Part shown: piece by piece, positions 19,322 through 28,940 of the stretch
Numbering within the stretch: the stretch's first letter is position 1
How the letters are laid out: each line of letters starts with the position of its first letter
Origin: Desulfurococcaceae archaeon
Lineage (GTDB): Archaea; Thermoproteota; Thermoprotei_A; Sulfolobales; Acidilobaceae
DNA: 57,467 bases
Direction: 5' to 3'
Assembly (NCBI GenBank): GCA_020833325.1
Contig: JAJHQN010000001.1
Span: 1-57,467, forward strand
Translations under genes and position numbers: made by a program
Notes under the pieces: model-generated
What the model saw: the letters and a program-made list of their open reading frames with translations, nothing else
Told to the model about the DNA's origin: nothing
Databases searched by the model: none

Positions 19322-20374
19322 GTGGAGGGTAGCAGGCTTCTAAAGGCTTTCACGCTACTAGCACTGGTAATCCTCGCTACATCAACTCCCTTGGAGGGCC
19401 AGAGAGTGCTGGTATCCGTCTCAGACCCTGAGGGTGATGATAGGGGTCCTGGGTATTACGGTTATCCAACAAACCCTGTGTTTAAACCTGGTGTTTTCGA
19501 TATGGTTAAGTTTGAGGTTGTAGATGAGGGTGTTAGGCTTAGCTTCCGTGTTACATTTAAAGAGCTAGGTGGTAACCCTTGGGGTGGCCCTAATGGCTTC
19601 AGCCTCCAGAACATCCAGATATATGTTAGGACTACCCAGGCTGGTTTACCGTCTAGAACTGATACTCTAGGGCTTAATGTCGTCTTCGCCCCCTCATATG
19701 CATGGCATTTTGCCATAGTAATAGTGCCTGGTTGGGAGGAGAAGATAGTTCCTGAGGGGCAGAGATCCGGTATATACTACTACGGCTATAGCGTAGTCCA
19801 AGACGGGGTTCTAGTTGTTAAAGTTGATGGTAACACTATTACAGCCTCTGTGGATAAGAAGGCCCTTATAGATGTAGATAACGTGGCCTCATGGACCATA
19901 GTTGTAGCTGTAGCAAGCTACGACGGCTTCGGGCCTAACAGGGTTAGACCAGCAGGGCCCGTTGGTGGAGAGTGGGTTTTAAACGGTACTAAGTATGCTA
20001 CGCCAGAGCAGAGAGCCAGAGTAGCTAAGGCCATAGCAGCTGGAATCGAGCCAAGGATCTTAGATCTCCTAGTCTACTCGCCAGAGTATAAGGCTGGTAT
20101 AACAGCTGAGACTCAGTACAAGTGGCTTGACAGTTACAACCCCGATCTAAAACTTCTAGCTACAATACCGCCAATCCAGATCCCACCAACCACGGTAACC
20201 ATAACTAACACTATAACTAGTACCGTGACTAGCACTATAACGAAGGTTGCAACAGAGTTGAGAACAGAGGTTCAGACTACTACAGTAACTGAGATCAACT
20301 GGCCTATATCAATACTCCTCCTAATTGTAGGCTTAGTAGTAGGCATTATCGTAGTTAGATTTATCCTAAGATAA
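19322..20374 (+). CDS. Secreted, C-terminally anchored glucodextranase-C-like (starch-locus accessory) protein
   Basis: Signal peptide, then DPEGDDRGPGYYGYPTNPVFKPGVFDMVKFEV...GGNPWGGPNGFSLQNIQIYV, which is paralogous to the C-terminal domain of the next gene; T-rich linker and TM anchor. Confidence 0.7.
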   Translation: MEGSRLLKAFTLLALVILATSTPLEGQRVLVSVSDPEGDDRGPGYYGYPTNPVFKPGVFDMVKFEVVDEGVRLSFRVTFKELGGNPWGGPNGFSLQNIQIYVRTTQAGLPSRTDTLGLNVVFAPSYAWHFAIVIVPGWEEKIVPEGQRSGIYYYGYSVVQDGVLVVKVDGNTITASVDKKALIDVDNVASWTIVVAVASYDGFGPNRVRPAGPVGGEWVLNGTKYATPEQRARVAKAIAAGIEPRILDLLVYSPEYKAGITAETQYKWLDSYNPDLKLLATIPPIQIPPTTVTITNTITSTVTSTITKVATELRTEVQTTTVTEINWPISILLLIVGLVVGIIVVRFILR

Positions 20375-20434
20375 TAGAGCTCCTTTAAGGAAGAAGACTC
20401 TTTTTAAAACCCCAGAAGATTCCCTCTTTCTACG

Positions 20435-23400
20435 GTGCTACCGGGTATGAGTGAGGCTAGATTAGGGGCTGTAATGCTTATATTGCTCCTTCTATCCAGC
20501 ACTATATACATTAGCTCTTATAGAGTTGAGTCTCAAGGAGCCGAACCTTTATACCTGGTTATTGTATGGCATTATCATCAACCGTGGTATTACGATGTTA
20601 CAGGTGGTAGCCTGGTGCTACCGTGGGTGAGAATGCATAGTGTTGGTAACTACTATAAGATGGCCTACATACTATCCAAGTACTCCGATATTAAGGTGTC
20701 CTTCACATTCTCAGGTTCTCTGCTAGCTCAGCTCAAAGCTTATGTTGATGGTAATGTTACTGATTTCAGGCAACAACTGTCATGGAAGATTGCTAGAGGT
20801 GATAGTCTATCGGTTGACGAGAAGTTTTCAATGCTACAGATACCTGGAGGGTTCTTTGATATAAACTGGAATAGGATAGTTAACGTAGTCCCAAAGTATA
20901 GGGAGTTGAGGGATAAAGCGCTGGAGGCTTTTAAAAAGCATGTAGGTCTCCCCGAGGAGAGGTTTAAGGAAGCAGTTGTGGGGGAGTTCACAGAGCAGGA
21001 GATCCTAGATCTAGCATGTCTCTTCAACCTATTCTGGGTAGATCCTCTAGTCTTAAGAGAGGTGTATCCTGAGCTCTACAAGGTTAGAGAGGGGTATCTA
21101 AGGGATAGGGATTACAGGTGTAGTAGAGATGTTCTGAGAGTGATACTGGAAACTCATAACAGTATAATGGCTAAGACGATACCGGCATACAGGGAGCTCC
21201 TGGAGCGAGGTCAGGTGGAGATAGTACCAGTACCCTACAGCCACCCGCTAGCACCTCTACTCACAGCCTCTGGGATGGGGGAGGATTTAGAGTTACACGT
21301 TAACCTAAGCTTGAACCTGTTCAGGAATGTCTTCAACTACAGCCCAAAGGGTGTATGGCCTGCTGAGCTAGCTGTTAACGAGGATGTTTTCAGGGTGTTC
21401 TCTAAGCTGGGATTATCATGGTCTATAGCCGATGATACAGTATTATCTAAGTCAGTCCCCTCTCTGAAAACATCTCATGTGAGTGGTGTAAATGTTGCTG
21501 AGAGCTACTTCTGGGTATTAGACTTCGACGGCAGCCTGTTCTACGTTCTATTCAGGAATAGTGATCTAAGTAACTTGATAAGCTTCACCTACAGCACCCT
21601 ACCGTACACGAGCGCTGTTAGTGATTTAATGTCAAAGCTTAGAAGTATAGCGTCAGCGTCCCCGGGAGGTGTAATTGTGATAGCCTTAGATGGTGAGAAC
21701 CCCTGGGAGCACTATGAGGAGTTCGGAGATCTATTCCTCCTAGAGCTCTACAAACAACTATCCCAAGCTCAGAAGGAGGGGGTTATCAAGACTATAACTC
21801 CTAGCGAGTACATAGCTATGAAGAGAGGCTATGCCAGGGAGCTTCCAGCGCTTGAGCACCGCTATTTAAACCTTAAATCCAAGGATGTATCAGATATACC
21901 CATATCGTACTCTGAAGATGCATACACAATACTGCCGAGGGAGCCTAGAAGGGCTAGGATTGCCGAAGGATCGTGGGCTGGAGGAGAGCTAGCTATATGG
22001 ATTGGCCAGAGGCAGGAGAACGTAGCGTGGATGCTCATGGTTAAGAGTAGAGAGGATGTACTAAGAGCTGTTGGTGTTACAAGCTTGAGGGAGGCTTTCC
22101 ACTTAAACCCAAAGGCTGTAATGTATATTCTAATGGCTGAGGCTAGCGACTGGCTATGGTGGTATGGTGGTGATGGTGGTGGAGTGTTCCCCTCCAACGT
22201 TCTATTCAAACAGTACCTTAGGAAAGCCTACGATGCGGTAGCTCTAAGAGCTCCACACTTCCTCGAAGCATTGTTTAACCCAGATGCTACCCCTGTGGGT
22301 GTTCTTAATACAGATGTACCTAAACCGGTTGATGCAGAGCCCAGGCTCGATGGTGTTCTAGACGAGCCTCTGTGGGGTAACTCTCTAAGAATTAATGTTG
22401 GCGAAAGGCATGTTAGGGAAGCCCTTGTAGCTGTTAGCCCTCAGAACCTCATCATTGGTTTAAAGTTGGCTGGTGTAGACGGTACAGGTTTAAGATTGGC
22501 TGTTTATCTAACGAATCCATGGAGGAGTATAAGCCCCTACGATCCAGGTTATAATAGCTTCTTTAGGGATGGAAGTATAGCCCCTATGGGCCTCTTCTAC
22601 GAGGTACTCGTAGATTTAAGGGATGTAAGGGCTAGCGTTAACGTAGCTGATGGTAGAGGGGGGTGGGTTAAACTATTTAACATAGATAGTATAGCTGTAG
22701 GGGGGTCTGTGGAGCTCCTGGTTCCATGGAGGATGCTCTCCCTATCGTCAGGCGATATAGTCTACGTGGTGGTCGCCGTGTATAGTGGTGGCGTTCTCGT
22801 TGAGAGGAGTGATAGGGTTGGATTGACACATGTAGTCCACGTTCCAAGGGCTGTGATTGCCCCACAGGCTAGGGTAGTATTTGAAATGGTGGATCCTGAG
22901 GGTGATGATGATGGTGCTGGAGGTTACCGCTACCCGTTGAACCCTGTGTTCAAACCCGGTGTCTTCGACCTCCTCAAGTTCAGTGTTAGCGTTACCGGGG
23001 ATAAGGTGGTGTTTAGCGTGTATGTTAAGAGCCTAGGTGGTAACCCTTGGGGTGGCCCTAATGGTTTTAGCTTGCAGTACGTACACATATACATTAGAAC
23101 CACCTTGGGAGAGCGGGGTAGGGGCGACACGCTGGGTCTCAATGTTAACCTAAGCGATGATAGTAGATGGCATATAGCAATCCTCATAGCACCAGGCTGG
23201 GGTTCTGACCCTGTTCCTAAGGGTGAGAGGGCAACCATATACTATGCTAATGGCACTATGGTAGTTCAAGATGCTCTCTACAAGGTCTACGCAGACCCCG
23301 TAGCGGACGCGATAGTAGCTGAGGTTTCAAAGATGCTACTACCAGATGTTGACAACATAGAGCGGTGGGTTTACACTGTATTCCTAACAAGTTATGATGG

Positions 23401-23824
23401 CTACGGGCCTGATAGGATAAGACCCTTCGGTGTTGAAAGCCAGGAGTGGGTTGTAGGAGCTGGGGCAAAGTATGCTCAAGCCATCCTCTTCAACGTCATA
23501 CCCAGGGTTATGGATCTACTCGTTCCCACAAAAGATGAGCAGTACGCCACGCTTAACACATTCAAGGTTGATAGGGAGAGGGGTGTGGCTCAGATGGCGG
23601 TCGTTAAGGGTGTTTCAAAGACCGCTGTAACCCAGCCTCCGACCAAGACTGTTACCGTAACAGAGGTGGTGGAGAGGAGTGTAACATCTATAGTTGAGAG
23701 GTTTATCGAGAAGCCTAAAACCATAACAGAGGTTCAAACTAGGACGAGCGGGTTGCTACTAGCACTCCTGGCAGGCCTAGGACTTGGACTTATCCTCTCA
23801 GCACTCATGTTGAGGCGGAGATAG
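20435..23824 (+). CDS. GH57 amylopullulanase/alpha-amylase-like enzyme, extracellular and membrane-anchored
   Basis: GH57 motifs WHYHQPWY, GVWPAELAV, DGENPWEHY; C-terminal glucodextranase-C-like domain (DPEGDDDGAGGYRYPLNPVFKPGVFDLLKF); C-terminal TM; the start may be ATG at 20447. Confidence 0.85.
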   Translation: MLPGMSEARLGAVMLILLLLSSTIYISSYRVESQGAEPLYLVIVWHYHQPWYYDVTGGSLVLPWVRMHSVGNYYKMAYILSKYSDIKVSFTFSGSLLAQLKAYVDGNVTDFRQQLSWKIARGDSLSVDEKFSMLQIPGGFFDINWNRIVNVVPKYRELRDKALEAFKKHVGLPEERFKEAVVGEFTEQEILDLACLFNLFWVDPLVLREVYPELYKVREGYLRDRDYRCSRDVLRVILETHNSIMAKTIPAYRELLERGQVEIVPVPYSHPLAPLLTASGMGEDLELHVNLSLNLFRNVFNYSPKGVWPAELAVNEDVFRVFSKLGLSWSIADDTVLSKSVPSLKTSHVSGVNVAESYFWVLDFDGSLFYVLFRNSDLSNLISFTYSTLPYTSAVSDLMSKLRSIASASPGGVIVIALDGENPWEHYEEFGDLFLLELYKQLSQAQKEGVIKTITPSEYIAMKRGYARELPALEHRYLNLKSKDVSDIPISYSEDAYTILPREPRRARIAEGSWAGGELAIWIGQRQENVAWMLMVKSREDVLRAVGVTSLREAFHLNPKAVMYILMAEASDWLWWYGGDGGGVFPSNVLFKQYLRKAYDAVALRAPHFLEALFNPDATPVGVLNTDVPKPVDAEPRLDGVLDEPLWGNSLRINVGERHVREALVAVSPQNLIIGLKLAGVDGTGLRLAVYLTNPWRSISPYDPGYNSFFRDGSIAPMGLFYEVLVDLRDVRASVNVADGRGGWVKLFNIDSIAVGGSVELLVPWRMLSLSSGDIVYVVVAVYSGGVLVERSDRVGLTHVVHVPRAVIAPQARVVFEMVDPEGDDDGAGGYRYPLNPVFKPGVFDLLKFSVSVTGDKVVFSVYVKSLGGNPWGGPNGFSLQYVHIYIRTTLGERGRGDTLGLNVNLSDDSRWHIAILIAPGWGSDPVPKGERATIYYANGTMVVQDALYKVYADPVADAIVAEVSKMLLPDVDNIERWVYTVFLTSYDGYGPDRIRPFGVESQEWVVGAGAKYAQAILFNVIPRVMDLLVPTKDEQYATLNTFKVDRERGVAQMAVVKGVSKTAVTQPPTKTVTVTEVVERSVTSIVERFIEKPKTITEVQTRTSGLLLALLAGLGLGLILSALMLRRR

Positions 23825-23864
23825 CCTAGCTACTGTCTTAAATTCTCTCCTGTATTTCTAAATA

Positions 23865-24974
23865 GTGGATGAGAGCTTGGCCGATGTCAAACTTAGGGGT
23901 GTAACTAAGAAGTTTGGTAGAGTCGTAGCTGTCAACAGGGTTACACTCGATATAAGTGATGGGGAGTTCTTCGCAATCCTAGGTCCTAGTGGTTGTGGTA
24001 AGACTACACTGTTAAGGCTCATAGCAGGTTTAGAGTTCCCAGATGAGGGTGAGATTCTAATAGGAGGGAGGGTTGTGAACAACCTACACCCCAGGGATAG
24101 GGATGTAGCTATGGTATTCCAGAACTACGCCTTATACCCCCACATGAGGGTTTTCGATAACATAGCATTCCCCCTCATGGTTAGGAGGAGGGAGCTGGGT
24201 CTCGATAAGGAGGCTATTAGGAGGAGGGTTGTTGAGGTAGCCAGGGTTCTAGGCATAGAGGGGTTGCTCGATAGATATCCTAGAGAGCTGAGCGGTGGTC
24301 AGCAACAGAGGGTTGCTCTAGCAAGAGCTCTCGTTAGGGAGCCTAAGGTTTGGCTTCTAGATGAGCCTTTATCAAACCTGGATGCTAAGCTTAGAGTTCA
24401 AATGAGAGCTGAGCTTAAATCACTGCAGAGGAAGTTCGGGGTAACAACGGTGTATGTAACACACGATCAAGGGGAGGCGATGAGCCTGGCTGATAGGATA
24501 GCGGTCATGAACGAAGGGAGGGTACTACAGGTTGGAACACCAGACGATCTATACCTAAAACCATTAGATATCTTCGTGGCAACATTCATAGGAAGTCCCT
24601 CAACGAACATAATACCATGTAATGTGGTGAGCGTTGAAACGCTAGAACTAGAGTGCGCTGGGTTCAACCTGAAGACCGGTATAAGCTTAGATCCCGGTAT
24701 CCTGAAGCTGGGAGATAAGGTCTATCTAGGTGTTAGACCGGAGCACGTGGAGATACGTAAATCCCAGGATGAAGGTGTAACATTAAAAGGTAAGGTTACC
24801 ATCATAGAACCCCTAGGCTCTCAATCCATAGTAACGTTAAGCTTGGGTAGCGAGAGTATTAGAGCTCTAACCTCTCGGGATTTGAAGGTGGATGTCGGCG
24901 AAGACGTGTACATTAGGATAGATGTTAGCAAAACACTATTATACGATGCTAAAACAGGCAAACTCCTGCTATAA
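23865..24974 (+). CDS. malK: Sugar ABC transporter ATP-binding protein (MalK type)
   Basis: Walker A GPSGCGKTT, signature LSGGQQQRVALARAL, Walker B LLDEPLSNLD, C-terminal regulatory/TOBE-like domain. Confidence 0.9.
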   Translation: MDESLADVKLRGVTKKFGRVVAVNRVTLDISDGEFFAILGPSGCGKTTLLRLIAGLEFPDEGEILIGGRVVNNLHPRDRDVAMVFQNYALYPHMRVFDNIAFPLMVRRRELGLDKEAIRRRVVEVARVLGIEGLLDRYPRELSGGQQQRVALARALVREPKVWLLDEPLSNLDAKLRVQMRAELKSLQRKFGVTTVYVTHDQGEAMSLADRIAVMNEGRVLQVGTPDDLYLKPLDIFVATFIGSPSTNIIPCNVVSVETLELECAGFNLKTGISLDPGILKLGDKVYLGVRPEHVEIRKSQDEGVTLKGKVTIIEPLGSQSIVTLSLGSESIRALTSRDLKVDVGEDVYIRIDVSKTLLYDAKTGKLLL

Positions 24975-25030
24975 CCAGCATGATGATGGGGTAAAACCCG
25001 TAAGGGTTACCTTAAGAATCTCTAGAGACA

Positions 25031-25038
25031 TTTATATT
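25031..25038 (+). promoter_or_regulatory. TATA-box-like element upstream of the binding-protein gene
   Basis: TTTATATT about 30 nt upstream of the start at 25067. Confidence 0.35.
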
Positions 25039-25066
25039 AACTCTCAGCTAAAACATAGAACTAGAG

Positions 25067-26545
25067 GTGGTAGGCTTGGCTACCAGTTCACCTAGAATTA
25101 TTATTGCTGTAGCAGCCCTCCTAGTCCTTATCATCATTGCAGGTATCCTATTGGTTACAAGGGAGGGAGCTCCAACAACTCCCACGTCGCCCACACCAAC
25201 CCCAACACAAACTCCACCCATAACAACTCCCCCCACCCAAACACCTCCTGTAACGCAACCCGAAACTGTTAGAGAGCTTGTTATAGGTACTTCTAAGATT
25301 AGAGTTCCACCTGACTTCTACGAATTCGTATCTAAGGTTAAGAGGGGGGATGTGAGGGTTACCATAAACTTCTGGACCGCTATGATGCCCTTCGAGGTTA
25401 AGATAATCGATAAGGCTGTTAAACAGTTTGAGTCAGAGTACCCAGGCGTGAAGATCCAGTATACTGGTACTGTTGCTAACATGAAGGAGGCTATTAAGGC
25501 GGGGATAATAGCTGGAGATGTCGAGAATACAGCACATGTATTCACATGGGCTCATGATTGGACAGGCGAGATGGCCGATGGAGGTTTCATAGTGAGCTTG
25601 TCAAAGTACCTGCCAAGAGAGACTATAGAAGATCTAAGGAAAGAGTACGCGGCCTTAGCCTTTAGCTCTGGAGTCTACAAGCTGGAGCTCTACGGCCTAC
25701 CTTGGGCTATTGAGGGTATAGCTTTAGTATGCAACCTGGATATGACCGGGGGTGCCCTACCGGGGAAGTTTTCGCAACTGGAGGAGATTATGAAGAGGTG
25801 GTATAACCCTGAGAGGAAAACCTATGGTCTTGCATGGCAGATAGACCCGTATCACGTCTACCCATTGATAACAGCTTTCGGGGGGTTCTACTACGATGAG
25901 GATAGGGACGCTGTGGGGGTTAATAGTGCTGGGGCTGTGGAGGGCTTCAAATTCCTTCTATCAAAGGTCTTCCCATACATGTTCACAGGAGATCTAGGTC
26001 ACGAGGCTCAGTTATCTATATTCGAGGAGGGTAGAGCTCCCTGTATAGTAACGGGCCCCTGGAATATACCTAGGATAAAGGAGAAGGTGGCAAGGATAGC
26101 TGTTGGCCCCATACCGGAGATTGATGGTATGAAGCCGAAACCCTTCTCTGGAATCAAACTACTCTGGATTACCAAGGCTGCCGAGGCTGATAGGAATAGG
26201 CTCTATGCTAGCATACTCTTCGCTTTATGGTTCACCTTAAACGATGACGTCACTAGAATGTTGATGGAGGAAGCGGGCTTCATCCCCGTGAAGGTTTCAT
26301 CACTAGACTTCCTAAGAGCTAATAGGGATAAGTACCCTATTATAGCAGGGTTCTCCATGGCATTAGCTGACAGCACCCCCATGCCTAAATCAGTTAAAAT
26401 GGCTAAAGTCTGGGGTCCAGTAGCTGAAGCTCTATCGAGTATGATAACAATCTATAATGAGAAGGGGCGGGAGGAGGCTGTAGCTAGTGTTAGCAAGCTA
26501 CTAGACGAGGCTCAGAAGAAGATACTCGAGGCGTTTAAAGGCTAG
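25067..26545 (+). CDS. Maltodextrin/sugar ABC substrate-binding protein, N-terminally anchored
   Basis: N-terminal TM followed by a PTTPTSPTPTPTQTPP linker, then a family-1 solute-binding-protein-like body; position within the malK/F/G operon. Confidence 0.8.
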   Translation: MVGLATSSPRIIIAVAALLVLIIIAGILLVTREGAPTTPTSPTPTPTQTPPITTPPTQTPPVTQPETVRELVIGTSKIRVPPDFYEFVSKVKRGDVRVTINFWTAMMPFEVKIIDKAVKQFESEYPGVKIQYTGTVANMKEAIKAGIIAGDVENTAHVFTWAHDWTGEMADGGFIVSLSKYLPRETIEDLRKEYAALAFSSGVYKLELYGLPWAIEGIALVCNLDMTGGALPGKFSQLEEIMKRWYNPERKTYGLAWQIDPYHVYPLITAFGGFYYDEDRDAVGVNSAGAVEGFKFLLSKVFPYMFTGDLGHEAQLSIFEEGRAPCIVTGPWNIPRIKEKVARIAVGPIPEIDGMKPKPFSGIKLLWITKAAEADRNRLYASILFALWFTLNDDVTRMLMEEAGFIPVKVSSLDFLRANRDKYPIIAGFSMALADSTPMPKSVKMAKVWGPVAEALSSMITIYNEKGREEAVASVSKLLDEAQKKILEAFKG

Positions 26546-26559
26546 GTGGAGGGCATCTA

Positions 26560-28035
26560 ATGACCTCAGCTAGAGAGAGGCTCCTCTACCCTTTAAAGAT
26601 CGCAGCTCTCTTAATCCTAGGTAGCCTAGTGGTCTACATTTCATTCTCAATATTCCCTATAGCATACTCCATATACATAGCGTTTACAGATGCCTCCGCA
26701 AAGAACATAGCCCCAGGCCCTAGACTCTACGAGCTTAGAGAAGCTAAATCCCGTATAACAGAGTACCTTGAGTCTAGGAAAGACTACATTGTAGGCGAAG
26801 CCGTTAAAGCTAAGACTCTGGTAGACGAGACTATAACCATCCTCGATGAGCTCTCAACGACAATAGCTAGTGCTACATCGGAGAATATATCGGTAGCCGC
26901 TATCAATAGGATGAGAGGGGATGTGGATGGAAGGTTGCTTGAGGTTAAAAGTATCGTGGTATCAGAGTCTACGAAACTCTACTTGGATCCAAGCATAGTT
27001 AACCCCTTGGATAGAGCTCTAAGAACACTAGATTACAGGGTTTGGCAGCCCGTAGACCAATTACTACTCTACAAGATACATGTCACAGAGGAGGATCTAG
27101 CTAGGTTGAAGGAGACAGTGCTACCAGCAGTAAACGAGGCTAAGATACTGTTAGGTGAAGCTTCCCAATCCCTAGAACTTGTAGGCTCTAACTACAAAGG
27201 GTTTATAGGTAGAGCTATGGGGGAGATCGATAGGCAGATTGACGAGTTAACGTTACACTTCGTGGGATTGGAGAATTTCAGGAGATTATTTGATAACCCT
27301 AGATTTCCATACTCACTATTTAAGACCCTACTCTTTGTTGTAACAAGCGTTCCATTAAAGATGATAGCGGGGGTTACCTTAGCTATCATATACACCTCAC
27401 CCCTTATACTTGGTAGGAGGTTTACGAGAGGCCTCCTCCTACTACCATGGGCTATCCCTATACTACTTAGTGTAACCACGTGGAGAATACTTTTCACGCC
27501 TGAGAGGGGTTTCCTGTCATCTACTATAGAGGGGCTTCTAGGCTACAGGGTTGACATATATGTTAACGAGTGGCATGCATTCGCTCTATACAACATTGTA
27601 GAGGTGTGGCTAGCATACCCCTTCGTTATGACAGTCACCATGGCAGCCTTGGCTAGTATACCTAGAGAGTATTTGGAGGCAGCTTTAGTTGATGGTGCTA
27701 GAACATTTCAAACCCTTAGGAGTGTAGTCCTACCACTAATACTTAGACCTCTAGCCTTCGCAGCTATCCTAACCACTGGAGCCTCGCTCCAAGCCTTCAT
27801 GATACCCCTTCTAATCAATAACGGGGGCCCTGCGAAATCAATATCTCTACCCGGTTACACTCCAACCACTGGTTACTCTAATGAGATGATGGTGTTATAC
27901 GGATACAATAGAGCATGGCTAGACCAGGATTACGGGTTATCAGCCGCCACATTCCTTGTTGTAGTCTCCATACTTCTAGTCTATGCGGTGGCATGGTACT
28001 ATCTACTCTACAGGAGGGGGTGGGCTAGTGTTTAG
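26560..28035 (+). CDS. Sugar ABC permease (MalF type) with a large extracytoplasmic insertion
   Basis: TM1, then a roughly 200-aa soluble insertion, then a multi-TM permease core with an EAA-like loop (EAALVDGARTFQTLRSVVLP). Confidence 0.8.
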   Translation: MTSARERLLYPLKIAALLILGSLVVYISFSIFPIAYSIYIAFTDASAKNIAPGPRLYELREAKSRITEYLESRKDYIVGEAVKAKTLVDETITILDELSTTIASATSENISVAAINRMRGDVDGRLLEVKSIVVSESTKLYLDPSIVNPLDRALRTLDYRVWQPVDQLLLYKIHVTEEDLARLKETVLPAVNEAKILLGEASQSLELVGSNYKGFIGRAMGEIDRQIDELTLHFVGLENFRRLFDNPRFPYSLFKTLLFVVTSVPLKMIAGVTLAIIYTSPLILGRRFTRGLLLLPWAIPILLSVTTWRILFTPERGFLSSTIEGLLGYRVDIYVNEWHAFALYNIVEVWLAYPFVMTVTMAALASIPREYLEAALVDGARTFQTLRSVVLPLILRPLAFAAILTTGASLQAFMIPLLINNGGPAKSISLPGYTPTTGYSNEMMVLYGYNRAWLDQDYGLSAATFLVVVSILLVYAVAWYYLLYRRGWASV

Positions 28036-28051
28036 AGGGTTCCTAGACTCC

Positions 28052-28885
28052 ATGCAGGTTATTATAAGGATCTTCTTAACAGTACTAGCTTTAATCCTGG
28101 TCTTCGCACTACTATACCCTATCATATACGTTGTCATCGTATCCCTACTCGTAGGTCAAACCCTCATTATATCCATTGATGCTATTAGGATGGGCTTAAC
28201 CGTTGATAGATATCTTGGGACTATTAACGATCCTGATTTCGTTAGAGGGGTTACTATGAGCCTTGTAGTAGCGTTCCTCCACATAGTCTTCTCAGTACTC
28301 CTCATAACCCCTGCTGCCTACGCCTTCTCAAGGTTTAAGTTTAGAGGTAAGGATACCATACTAATACTCTACCTCATACTAAGCCAGGTAGGCGGAGGCT
28401 TCGGGATTGCAGCATTAATAGCTTTATACGTTCTACTTGTTAAACTCAACTCCATAGGGCTACCGGTCATAGGCAACCCTGTAGTCCTAGCCCTCATATA
28501 CACTGCGTGGGCCGTCCCATTCCAGACATGGCTTATAAAGAACTACTTCGACTCCCTCCCGAGAGAACTTGACGAGGCGGCTTTCATAGATGGTGCATCG
28601 TGGGGTACGATAGTGTTTAAAGTTATACTACCTGCATCAAGGCCCGCCATGACAGTCATAGCTCTATTCTCCTTCATGGGGGCGTGGGGCGAGTTTATTA
28701 TAGCTAGCTTCATTAAGGTACCAACAGTGGCAGCCTACATATATCAGACGGCCGCAGGTCAAACAATATTCTGGGGGGATTTCGCTGCTAGAACAATCCT
28801 CTTCTCAATCCCAGTAGTCATACTCTTCGTTATAGCACAAAGGTATATAGGTGAAGCTATGAGGTATGGTGCTGGCAAGCTTTAA
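28052..28885 (+). CDS. Sugar ABC permease (MalG type)
   Basis: EAA loop DEAAFIDGASWGTIVFKVILP; I start at ATG 28052, just after the MalF stop, whereas the track ORF starts at 27983 inside malF. Confidence 0.8.
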   Translation: MQVIIRIFLTVLALILVFALLYPIIYVVIVSLLVGQTLIISIDAIRMGLTVDRYLGTINDPDFVRGVTMSLVVAFLHIVFSVLLITPAAYAFSRFKFRGKDTILILYLILSQVGGGFGIAALIALYVLLVKLNSIGLPVIGNPVVLALIYTAWAVPFQTWLIKNYFDSLPRELDEAAFIDGASWGTIVFKVILPASRPAMTVIALFSFMGAWGEFIIASFIKVPTVAAYIYQTAAGQTIFWGDFAARTILFSIPVVILFVIAQRYIGEAMRYGAGKL

Positions 28886-28940
28886 ACCCCATAACCGTAC
28901 ATTAACGGCTCCCCAATTACTACAGGTTTACACTACCTGT

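Noticed and set aside
20170-20290. Repetitive Thr/Ile/Pro-rich coding DNA (also 16560-16640, 23630-23720 and 25170-25260) as tandem repeats or a CRISPR-like array
   Set aside because: These are in-frame low-complexity linkers preceding or following TM anchors of secreted proteins. They show no repeat-spacer periodicity. No CRISPR array is visible anywhere in the window.
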